Below are positions 37,878 through 46,087 of a stretch of 64,000 nt of DNA, in pieces. Every line of letters begins with the position of its first letter. Position 1 is the first letter of the stretch. The DNA comes from Roseateles sp. (GTDB lineage: Bacteria > Pseudomonadota > Gammaproteobacteria > Burkholderiales > Burkholderiaceae_C), in contig NZ_JBILQK010000001.1 of NCBI RefSeq assembly GCF_044373315.1, positions 39,639-103,638 of the forward strand. The letters run 5' to 3'. A program made the position numbers and the translations under genes. The notes below the pieces were generated by a model that did no database searches, had not been told where the DNA came from, and saw only the letters and a program-made list of their open reading frames with translations.

Positions 37878-40800
37878 TCAGGCGACCCCCTCAGCGGCCT
37901 TGGGCTGCTTGAAGCGGCGCGGCGTCAGCTTCTGGATCATGTCGTCCACCAGCGTGTAGAGCACCGGGATCACCAGCAAGCTCAGGAACGTGGAGGTGAT
38001 CAGGCCGCCGATCACCACGATGGCCATCGGCGCACGGAAGCTGGGGTCGGTGCCGAAACCCAGGGCGATGGGCATCATGCCGGCGCCCATGGCGAGCGTG
38101 GTCATGACGATGGGACGGGCGCGCTTGTGGCAGGCATCGATGATGGCGTCGAGCCGTCCCATGCCTTGATCGCGCATGGCGACGATGGCGTACTCGACCA
38201 GCAGGATCGAGTTCTTGGTGGCGATGCCCATCAGCATGATCATGCCGATCATGGCGGGCATCGAGAGGTCGGTGCCCGTCACGAACAGCGCCAGGATGGC
38301 GCCAGGAACCGACAGCACCAGTGCCCCCAGGATGGTGATCGGCTGCACCCACGCGTGGAACAGCAGCACCAGTACGATGTAGATGCACGCCACGCCGGTG
38401 CCCATGGCCAGCAGGAAGCTGGTGCTGAGTTCGGCGAAGGCCTCGGCATCGCCGATTTCAGTCTTGATGATGCCGGGCGGCAGATCGGCGATGGAGGGCA
38501 AGGCAGTCACGCGCTGCTGCACGTCGCCCAGGGCCTGGCCGTTCAACTCAATCTCGAAGTTGATGTTGCGGGCGCGGTTGTAGCGGTCGATCTGGGCCGG
38601 GCCGGTGCTCATCTCCAGCGTGGCCACCTGGTGCAAGGGCACCGGGCCGCGCGCGCCGGGCACGGTGAGCTGGCCCAGCAGGGCCAGGTCCTGGCGCGCG
38701 GCATCGGGCAGATTCACCACCACCGGCACCTGGCGCTGCGCCAGGTTGAGCTTCGTCAGCAGTTGGTCGTAGTCACCGGCGGTGGCGATGCGCAAGGTGT
38801 CGGCAATGGCGGCGGTGCTCACACCCAGGTCAGCCGCGCGGGCAGCATCTGGCCGCACCACCAGCTCAGGCCGCTGCAGGCTGCTGCTGCTGGTGACCTG
38901 GCCAATGCCTTGCAGGGTTCGCAGCTCGCGCTCCACCTTGGCGCCGTGGGCGGCCAGGGCGTCGCCATCCTCGCCGGCCAGCACCAGCACATATTTCTCT
39001 GCCGAGCCCCCAAAGCCGACCGTGAAGCGGGCTCCGGGAATGGCCTCGATGGCGGCGCGCAGCTGGCGCTCAATGTCTTGCTTGGTGACGCCGCTACGCT
39101 CTGACCGCGGCGTCAGGTTCAGCGTCAGCGTGGCTTTGCGGGCCTCGGGCGCCCCGCTGGGCGCGAAGGGGTCGGCGCCCGCAGCGCCGCCGCCCACGGC
39201 GGTGTAGACCATTTTCACGTGCGGGTTGCTGGCCACGGCCTCGCGCGCCTGCTCGGCCACCTTCAGCGTTTGGCTGTAGGTGCTGCCGGGCTCCAGCTGG
39301 ATGTAGATCTGCGTCTGGCTCAGGTCATCGGGCGGGATGAATGCGCCGGGGATCTTGCCCATCAGTAGCGGCGCGCAGCTCACAACGCCGAAAGCGAAGG
39401 TGATGGCCAAAGTCTTGCCGCGGTGCGTGAGGCACCAGCGGGCCAGGCGCAGGTAGCCGGGCATCCACTTGGGCTCACCATGGTCCTTGGCCGGCTTCTT
39501 CAACAGATAAGCCGCCATCATGGGGGTGAGCATCCGCGCCACGACCAGGCTGAAGAACACCGCGATGGCCGCCGTCCAGCCGAACTGCACGAAGAACTTG
39601 CCGGGCACACCGGCCATGAAGGCGGTGGGCAGGAACACCGCGATCAAGGTGAAGGTGGTGGCGATCACCGCCAGCCCGATCTCGTCGGCCGCCTCGCGCG
39701 CCGCCTCCAGCGGGGTTTTGCCCTGCTGCAGGTGGCGCATGATGTTTTCGATCTCGACGATGGCGTCGTCCACCAGGATGCCGATGACCAGCGACAGCGA
39801 CAGCAGCGTCACCGTGTTGAGCGTGAAGCCCATCCAGTGCATCACCGCGAAGGTGGGAATGGCCGACAGCGGCAAGGCCACCGCACTCACGAAGGTGGCG
39901 CGCGCATCGCGCAGGAACCACCACACCACCACCACGGCCAGGAAGGCACCCTCCAGCAACAGCACCATGCTGCCGTGGAAGTTGTCGACCACGGGGTCGA
40001 CGAAGTTGAAGGCCTCGGTGACTGTGATGTCAGGGTGCGCAGTCTTGAGTTCCGCAACGGCAGCGCGCACAGCCTCGGCCACGTCCACTTCGCCAGCGCC
40101 GCGCGAGCGGGTGATCTCAAAGCCCACCACGGGCTTGCCATTGAGCAAGGCGCCCGAGCGCTGTTCGGCCACGGTGTCTTGCACGGTCGCCACCTGATCG
40201 AGGCGCACGCGGCGGCCGTCGTTGAGTGCAATTTCCAGCGCGGCCAGCTCTTGAGCATTGGCCACGGTGGCGATGGTGCGCACGCTTTGCTCGGCGCCGG
40301 CCAGCTGGGTGCGGCCGCCCGGGGCTTCCTGCTGCACCTCGCGCAGCTTGCGCGACACCTCGGCCGCAGTCACGTTCAGTGCCAGCAGCTTGGCGGGGTC
40401 CAGCGCCACCCGCACCTCGCGGCTGACGCCACCGACGCGGCTGACCGCCCCCACCCCACGCACGGCCAGCATGCGCTTGGTGACTTGGTTGTCGACGAAC
40501 CAGCTCAGGCCTTCGTCGTCCATGCTGGTGGACGCCACCGTGTAGGTCAGTATCGGCGAACCGCTCAGGCTCATCTTGGTGATGACGGGGTCGCGCAGGT
40601 CTGCCGGTAAATCCGAGCGCACGCGTGCCACGGCGTCGCGCACGTCATCCAGCGCCTCCTGGGTGGGTTTCTCCAGGCGGAACTCGGCCGTCACCGTGGC
40701 CACGCCGTCTTGCACCTTGGTGTAGAGGTTCTTCAGGCCCTGCACCGTGGCCAGGGCGTTCTCCAGCTTGCGGGCCACCTCGGTTTCCATCTGCGCCGGC

Positions 40801-40967
40801 GCGGTGCCGGGCAAGCTGGCGGTAACCGTGATGGTGGGCAGCTCAATGTCAGGGAACTGCTGCACCTTCATCGCCTTGAAGCCCAGAAGCCCCGCGGCCG
40901 TGAGCATGATGAAGAACAGGATCGAGGGAATGGGCTGGCGGATCGACCAGGCAGACACATTGAACAT
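37878..40967 (-). CDS. RND efflux transporter permease (AcrB/HAE1-like)
   Basis: 1029 aa with the MFNVSAWSIRQPIPSILFF N-terminus and 12-TM/large-loop architecture. Confidence 0.93.
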   Translation of the reverse strand: MFNVSAWSIRQPIPSILFFIMLTAAGLLGFKAMKVQQFPDIELPTITVTASLPGTAPAQMETEVARKLENALATVQGLKNLYTKVQDGVATVTAEFRLEKPTQEALDDVRDAVARVRSDLPADLRDPVITKMSLSGSPILTYTVASTSMDDEGLSWFVDNQVTKRMLAVRGVGAVSRVGGVSREVRVALDPAKLLALNVTAAEVSRKLREVQQEAPGGRTQLAGAEQSVRTIATVANAQELAALEIALNDGRRVRLDQVATVQDTVAEQRSGALLNGKPVVGFEITRSRGAGEVDVAEAVRAAVAELKTAHPDITVTEAFNFVDPVVDNFHGSMVLLLEGAFLAVVVVWWFLRDARATFVSAVALPLSAIPTFAVMHWMGFTLNTVTLLSLSLVIGILVDDAIVEIENIMRHLQQGKTPLEAAREAADEIGLAVIATTFTLIAVFLPTAFMAGVPGKFFVQFGWTAAIAVFFSLVVARMLTPMMAAYLLKKPAKDHGEPKWMPGYLRLARWCLTHRGKTLAITFAFGVVSCAPLLMGKIPGAFIPPDDLSQTQIYIQLEPGSTYSQTLKVAEQAREAVASNPHVKMVYTAVGGGAAGADPFAPSGAPEARKATLTLNLTPRSERSGVTKQDIERQLRAAIEAIPGARFTVGFGGSAEKYVLVLAGEDGDALAAHGAKVERELRTLQGIGQVTSSSSLQRPELVVRPDAARAADLGVSTAAIADTLRIATAGDYDQLLTKLNLAQRQVPVVVNLPDAARQDLALLGQLTVPGARGPVPLHQVATLEMSTGPAQIDRYNRARNINFEIELNGQALGDVQQRVTALPSIADLPPGIIKTEIGDAEAFAELSTSFLLAMGTGVACIYIVLVLLFHAWVQPITILGALVLSVPGAILALFVTGTDLSMPAMIGMIMLMGIATKNSILLVEYAIVAMRDQGMGRLDAIIDACHKRARPIVMTTLAMGAGMMPIALGFGTDPSFRAPMAIVVIGGLITSTFLSLLVIPVLYTLVDDMIQKLTPRRFKQPKAAEGVA

Positions 40968-40981
40968 GGCGGGTCCTTGGT

Positions 40982-42142
40982 TCAGCGGGCTGCCGTGGTG
41001 GTGGCGGTGGGCGCAGCCGCAGGCGCAGCGGGCACCACGCGCACCGTGTCGCCATCGGCCAGGAAGCCCACGCCTTGCGTCACCACGCGGTCAGCGGCGC
41101 CCACGCCGCTTCGCACGGCCACACGGTCGGCCTGGCGCTCGCCCAGCTGCACCTTGATCTGGCGCACCTTGCTGGACTTGCTGTCCTTGCCATCTGTTTC
41201 AACCTTGAAGACATAGGCAAACCCATCGCGCAAGAGCACGGCCGATTGCGGCAGGGTCAGCACCGGCGCCTCGCCAAGCACGATCTCGCCGCGCGCAAAC
41301 ATGCCAGCGCGGGCTTGGCCGTTGGCTTGCACATCCACCAACACGCGCCCGTTGCGGGTGGCGGGGTCCACCGTGGGGGCCACCAGGCGCACGCGCCCTT
41401 CGATGGAACCAGTCCCTGCCGGCGTGATGCGCACGCGCTGGCCCGGGCTCACCTGCGCCAGCTCGGCGGCTGGCACCTCGGCGCGCCACTCCAGGCGCCC
41501 ATCGCGGATCAGCTGGAACAGCGCCTGGCCGGGCTGGGGCAAAGCGCCCTCCACCGCGTCGCGCTGGGTGATCACACCGTCCACCGGCGCAACCACACGG
41601 GTGTGGCTCAGGCGCAGCTCATCGGCTTGCGCACGTGCCTTGAGCGAGGCCACGCGTGCCAGCGCGCCGGCTTGAGCCGCACGGGCCTGGTCCAGCTGGC
41701 TGGCACTGACGGCATCGGTGCCAGCCAAGCTCAGGGTGCGCGCGGCGGTGGCGCTGATTTCCTGCGCGCTGGCTTCGGCCTCGGCCAAGCTGGCGCGGGT
41801 GGCGGCCAAGTCGGCCTCCAGGCTGGCGCGGGCCAACTGGGCCAGTAGCTCGCCCTTCCTGACGCGCTGGCCCACATCCACCAGCACACGCTCGATGCGC
41901 TGACCGCTGGCCTCAGTGCCCACTTGCACCTCGCGCCAGGCAGCCAGGCTGCCGGTGGCGCTGAGCGTCCGTGACCAGGTTTGTGGCTGCGGACTGACCA
42001 CCGCCACGCTCAGCGCGGGCTTGGGCGCGCTGGGGGTCGCCGCCTGGTTGGCCCAGGCCGTGCTGGGAAACGTGGTCGGGACCACGACAGCTGCCGTGGC
42101 CATCAGGGCCGCCAAGGCGAGGCGCGAAACAGAAGTGTTCAT
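40982..42142 (-). CDS. RND efflux periplasmic adaptor (membrane fusion protein)
   Basis: Signal peptide, coiled-coil hairpin (ASLEADLAATRASLAEAEA...), and barrel-sandwich motifs (VVAPVDGVITQR). Confidence 0.9.
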   Translation of the reverse strand: MNTSVSRLALAALMATAAVVVPTTFPSTAWANQAATPSAPKPALSVAVVSPQPQTWSRTLSATGSLAAWREVQVGTEASGQRIERVLVDVGQRVRKGELLAQLARASLEADLAATRASLAEAEASAQEISATAARTLSLAGTDAVSASQLDQARAAQAGALARVASLKARAQADELRLSHTRVVAPVDGVITQRDAVEGALPQPGQALFQLIRDGRLEWRAEVPAAELAQVSPGQRVRITPAGTGSIEGRVRLVAPTVDPATRNGRVLVDVQANGQARAGMFARGEIVLGEAPVLTLPQSAVLLRDGFAYVFKVETDGKDSKSSKVRQIKVQLGERQADRVAVRSGVGAADRVVTQGVGFLADGDTVRVVPAAPAAAPTATTTAAR

Positions 42143-42163
42143 GGCAAGAGCAGGTTCCGGATG

Positions 42164-43621
42164 TCAGGAAGAAATGGGGGGGACGTTGCGCGTGGTGGCG
42201 CTCGTGGTTGCAGTCACGTTCGGCTTTGCGGCAGGGTCTTGCCAACCGCCGCCCATCGCGCGCACCAATTGCAGCCACGCGGCGATGTGCTCGCGGGCGG
42301 CGTCCAGCGCGGCGCTGCGGGTGGCCAGCGCATTGCGCTCGTCTCGCACGCGGGTTTGGCCGCTGACCAGGCCTGCACGCGCTTGGGCGGCACTGGCCTC
42401 GTCGATGCGCCGCCACTGCTGCAGCGTCGCTTCCGCCTCTTGACGCCGCTGGCTGGCGGCCTGCCAGCGCAACAGCGCTTGCTCCACCTCAGCCACCGCG
42501 CCGCGCCATTGCGCCTCCAAGCTGGCGCGGGCCAGCGCTTCGGCGGCATCGGCGGCCTGGGTTTGGGCGGCGCGCGCACCGGCATCCCACACCGGCAAGC
42601 TCAGGCTGGGCGCCAAGCTCCACACCGAGCCCATGATGTTGCTGGGCTGGACCTCCCAGCGGCTGCGTCCGACCAGGGCTGCGAAGCTGAGCTGCGGTGC
42701 GTACTGCGCAATCGCCGTACCGCGTGCCTCCCAGGCCGCGGCCAGCCATTGCCGGTGGGCCGCCGCGAGGTCGGGCCGGCGCGAAAGCAAATCGCCCGGC
42801 ACCATCGTAACGGCCAGCGCCGGCGCCGCTGGCAGCGGCTGCGGCGGGCCGCTGTGGGCGCGTGCCACCTCGGCCGCATCGGTGGCACACAACAGCGCAA
42901 GGCTTTGCAGCCAAGCGCCCATTTGCTCTTGCCAAGCCTGCGCCTGCACCCGGGCGTTGGCAGCCACGGTTTGCGACAAGGCCGCCTGCGCCGCACTCAG
43001 CAAGCCGGCCTGCGCCAGCGCGGCATCGGCACGGGCGGCCGCTTCAGCCAGCTGCACGTCGCGCGCCGCGATCAAAGCCTGTCCTTGGGCATGGCGCCAA
43101 GCCAGGTAAGCCTGCACCACCTCCACCGCCAAAGTGGTGCGCGCATCGTCCACGCTCAGGGCCGCGCTCTGCGCACGCTGGTCGGCCGCATCGCGTTGGG
43201 CGCGGGCGGCGCCGAACAGGTCCAGCTCCCAGCGCGCCTGCAGCGCCCATTGCGCCGTGGTTTGAGCGGCAAAGGTGGGCGGCTGTGCACCCCGCATCGC
43301 ATCGGCCTGTGCCGTCAGGCTGGGCGACAGCGCCGCCTGGCTGGCTTGCCGCTGCGCCTGTGACTGGCTCAGCCGCGCACGCGCCTGAGCCAAGGTGGGA
43401 CTCTGGTTCCAAGCCTGCTCGACCAAAGCACCAATGGCGGGGTCGCCCAGTGCCTGCCACCACTGCGGCGCCAAGCTGTGCGCCGGTGCGGCAGCGGTGT
43501 TCAGCCACTGAGCCGGCAGCGCACGAGGGGCAGGCAACGGGCCGGGCGGCGTGGCACAGGCGCCCAGCAAGGCCACCAGGGCAAGGGCCGTGAAGATGCG
43601 TAAGGAAGAAATGCGCTTCAT
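42164..43621 (-). CDS. Efflux outer-membrane factor lipoprotein (NodT family)
   Basis: Lipobox LVALLGACA and the tandem TolC-like repeat composition. Confidence 0.88.
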   Translation of the reverse strand: MKRISSLRIFTALALVALLGACATPPGPLPAPRALPAQWLNTAAAPAHSLAPQWWQALGDPAIGALVEQAWNQSPTLAQARARLSQSQAQRQASQAALSPSLTAQADAMRGAQPPTFAAQTTAQWALQARWELDLFGAARAQRDAADQRAQSAALSVDDARTTLAVEVVQAYLAWRHAQGQALIAARDVQLAEAAARADAALAQAGLLSAAQAALSQTVAANARVQAQAWQEQMGAWLQSLALLCATDAAEVARAHSGPPQPLPAAPALAVTMVPGDLLSRRPDLAAAHRQWLAAAWEARGTAIAQYAPQLSFAALVGRSRWEVQPSNIMGSVWSLAPSLSLPVWDAGARAAQTQAADAAEALARASLEAQWRGAVAEVEQALLRWQAASQRRQEAEATLQQWRRIDEASAAQARAGLVSGQTRVRDERNALATRSAALDAAREHIAAWLQLVRAMGGGWQDPAAKPNVTATTSATTRNVPPISS

Positions 43622-44454
43622 GGGGCGTCGCTTGTGGGGGGAACAACAGGGGTGGTCGGCAAGCCTGCGGCTAGCCGCTCGGCAGCCAGGGTGGCGCGAA
43701 TCACGCAGCGCTGACGCTCCAGCTCGACCAAGGCCAGGGCCCAGTCGATCAGCCGGTCGCGCACATCCTCCATCACGCCTGGCGCATCCAGCCAGCCGGG
43801 CGTGATCAGGTCCTGGAAGGCACGGCCCATACAGTAGTCATGGGCCATAGCCAGCAAGCCATAGACAAGCTGGTGCACCAAGGGATCGTTGCTCTCGCAG
43901 CCGATCTGCCGGGCCATGAAGCGGGCCATGGCATGGTGGTGAGGGGCAATCGCGTCGCGCATGGCCTGCGCAAACACGGGGCTGGGGCGCAGCGTTTCGT
44001 TGAGGAACAAGCGGATCGAGGCCTCGGGCACGGCCTCAGGCGCGCTGAAGAATGGCGTAAGCAAGCGCGTCAGCGCCTCGCGCAGCCCCAGGCCCGGCGT
44101 GTCGAAACCCGCAAAGGCATGGCTCATGGCCTCGATCGGCTCCAGCAACAAGGCTCGGTACAAGCCTTCCTTGTCGCCAAAGTGGTAGTGGATCGCCCCT
44201 GGGTTGAGGCCGGCTGCGGTGCAGATTTCCCGGGTGCTGGTGGATTCGACCCCTTGCTCGGCGAACAGCTTCGAAGCCGCCAAAAGCAGCGCCGCGCGTC
44301 CATCGACCGCGCTGGCTTTGCTGCGGCGCCCGGCGCGCGCCGCCGGGCTGGCTGGCCGCTTGCCAGCCAAGCTGCTGGCGCCAGTGGGCTGAACTGGCGT
44401 GCTGCTCGCCGGCGGGGCCTGGTCTGGCGACGAAATCGGGGGGTGAGACGACAT
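43618..44454 (-). CDS. TetR/AcrR-family transcriptional regulator with a low-complexity N-terminal extension
   Basis: HTH STREICTAAGLNPGAIHYHFGDKEGLY preceded by about 60 Pro/Ser/Ala-rich residues. 4-nt overlap with the OMF gene. The start is uncertain (ATG 44454 or TTG 44481). Confidence 0.8.
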   Translation of the reverse strand: MSSHPPISSPDQAPPASSTPVQPTGASSLAGKRPASPAARAGRRSKASAVDGRAALLLAASKLFAEQGVESTSTREICTAAGLNPGAIHYHFGDKEGLYRALLLEPIEAMSHAFAGFDTPGLGLREALTRLLTPFFSAPEAVPEASIRLFLNETLRPSPVFAQAMRDAIAPHHHAMARFMARQIGCESNDPLVHQLVYGLLAMAHDYCMGRAFQDLITPGWLDAPGVMEDVRDRLIDWALALVELERQRCVIRATLAAERLAAGLPTTPVVPPTSDAP

Positions 44455-44475
44455 GGCGCCGCACTGTACACAAAC

Positions 44476-44495
44476 AATCAAGCGCTTGCTTGATT
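44476..44495. promoter_or_regulatory. Candidate TetR operator palindrome AATCAAGC-gctt-GCTTGATT
   Basis: Perfect 8-bp inverted repeat 22-41 nt upstream of ATG 44454, in a locally AT-richer segment. Confidence 0.4.
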
Positions 44496-44856
44496 AATGC
44501 TCGAAATCCCTATCGAGTGATATTCAGTCGCTAAAGCAGCTTCAAATCGCCGACTTGTGCGCTTCGTCGGCCAAATCAGCGGAAGCCACCCACCGTTCGA
44601 AGCAGGGACTTGGGTTCACCGCGTGTCTCTTGTACTTGGCGGGCGGGGCAGGCTTGACGCCTTTGCCGACAGGGCTGCGGGCCAAACACTGCAGTCCGCT
44701 TGAAGAGATTGAGCCCCTGCAGCTCCTGATGCGGGGCAGCCTGCACAAGCCAACCGCAAGGGTAGCCCCCAGCCGCCGGAGCTGCTCGAACAGCTAACCA
44801 GCGGGCATAGGCTCAGCCGAGGACCCGCAGCCCGGCGGCGGCCGGGCTGACTTCCG

Positions 44857-45750
44857 TCAGCCCTTGCGGCGACGGCTCGCGGCCAGTGCGGCCAAGCTGA
44901 GCCCCAGCAATGCCAGCGTGGCAGGCTCCGGCACCTCGCTGGTCTGGACCTCGAAGTTGGACGTGGTCCGCACTTCGCCAATCGTCCAGCTGATATTGTC
45001 GACCGCACCCTGGAAAGGTCCCCAGCCGCTGCCGACGCCAGCGCTGAACCCGAGGATCACGGCGCTCTGCAGAAGTTCGCTGTCTTGCCATTCGTCCAAG
45101 GTGTCGTAGGGTGTGCCGTCGGCATCGATATCGAACTCATTCTTGCCCAGGCCAAGCCCGAAGTTCCACAGCTTGCTGCTGCCGCCGACCATGTCCGACA
45201 CCCAGGCGTCGGTCGGTGCACTGCCAGCGACGTTGTAGGTCCGCTCAAACACCAGACCGCCGCGGTCATTCGTCGTAGCTAGGTTGCCATCGCGGTCCAG
45301 CAAGATGCGCAGCGCCGGATGTTGCACGGGGCTGTTGCTGCTGCCACTGCTGCGGTACCAGTCGTACGACATGCCCAGGAAGGACGAGAACAAGCCCAGC
45401 GAACTGCTCGCATAGTAGTTGCCGCCAACGCTGACACCACCGGCCAAGTACTCGACATCCGCCTTGTAGGACGCGCCACCAGGCCCCGCGGTGCCTGAGA
45501 AAGCCACCGATCCGTTGCCGGAGCGGGCATAGCTGGTGCTGACGCCAACCGAGCCGCCGTTGCGCACATTGTTGTAGTACCAGCCGGTGCCCCCCACCGC
45601 CTGCCCCTGGTTGATGGCCGTCGCGTTGGTGAATGCATCGCCGGGTGCAGCGCCGTTGGCGTAGACCGTTGCCGCCGTGGCGGCAGCACAGAATCCAGCG
45701 CTGGCAGCCAGAGTGGCCACCGTGCCAAGCATTTGTGTCAAGCGTGTCAT
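44857..45750 (-). CDS. PEP-CTERM sorting-domain secreted protein
   Basis: Signal peptide. The C-terminus VPEPATLALLGLSLAALAASRRRKG has the PEP motif, a TM helix and a basic tail. The mature region is Gly/Ser/Asn/Tyr-rich. Confidence 0.85.
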   Translation of the reverse strand: MTRLTQMLGTVATLAASAGFCAAATAATVYANGAAPGDAFTNATAINQGQAVGGTGWYYNNVRNGGSVGVSTSYARSGNGSVAFSGTAGPGGASYKADVEYLAGGVSVGGNYYASSSLGLFSSFLGMSYDWYRSSGSSNSPVQHPALRILLDRDGNLATTNDRGGLVFERTYNVAGSAPTDAWVSDMVGGSSKLWNFGLGLGKNEFDIDADGTPYDTLDEWQDSELLQSAVILGFSAGVGSGWGPFQGAVDNISWTIGEVRTTSNFEVQTSEVPEPATLALLGLSLAALAASRRRKG

Positions 45751-46087
45751 CAGTCAGCTCCCGGAGTTGCGTTGGTTTGCCATGTCTGGATGGCCAAAGT
45801 GAACAAGCAATATCCAGGCCGCGGACGTAACACATTGATTGAGCGGAACAATTCGTTTTTGGCCGGATCCAGGTGTAAAGCAAGTCGACACGGATTCAGG
45901 CTCAGGCCCCTCTGCCGCCGCCAGACCCAGGGCCTACAAGCGCACCAGCCTCAACACTGGCGCGCCACGAAGCAAGGCCCCATGCCGCAGCCTGGCACGC
46001 GCGCGAGCGGAGCTCGATCAGCCCTTCAGCACCCAAGTTCAGTCGTGTTTGACCGTCGCTCCTTGCGAGCCCTACAGTGGGGGGAAA

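Noticed and set aside
44542-44797. Short ORFs (68 and 80 aa) inside the long TetR/PEP-CTERM intergenic gap
   Set aside because: They have no RBS and an implausible composition, and they overlap each other on opposite strands. They are treated as non-coding pending transcript data.
45751-45800. Sigma-54-like TGGCAA-N5-CGCA upstream of the PEP-CTERM gene
   Set aside because: The GG and GC dinucleotides are 9 bp apart rather than 10 bp. In addition, the element sits only ~20 nt from the ATG, leaving no room for a leader with the GGGAG RBS.
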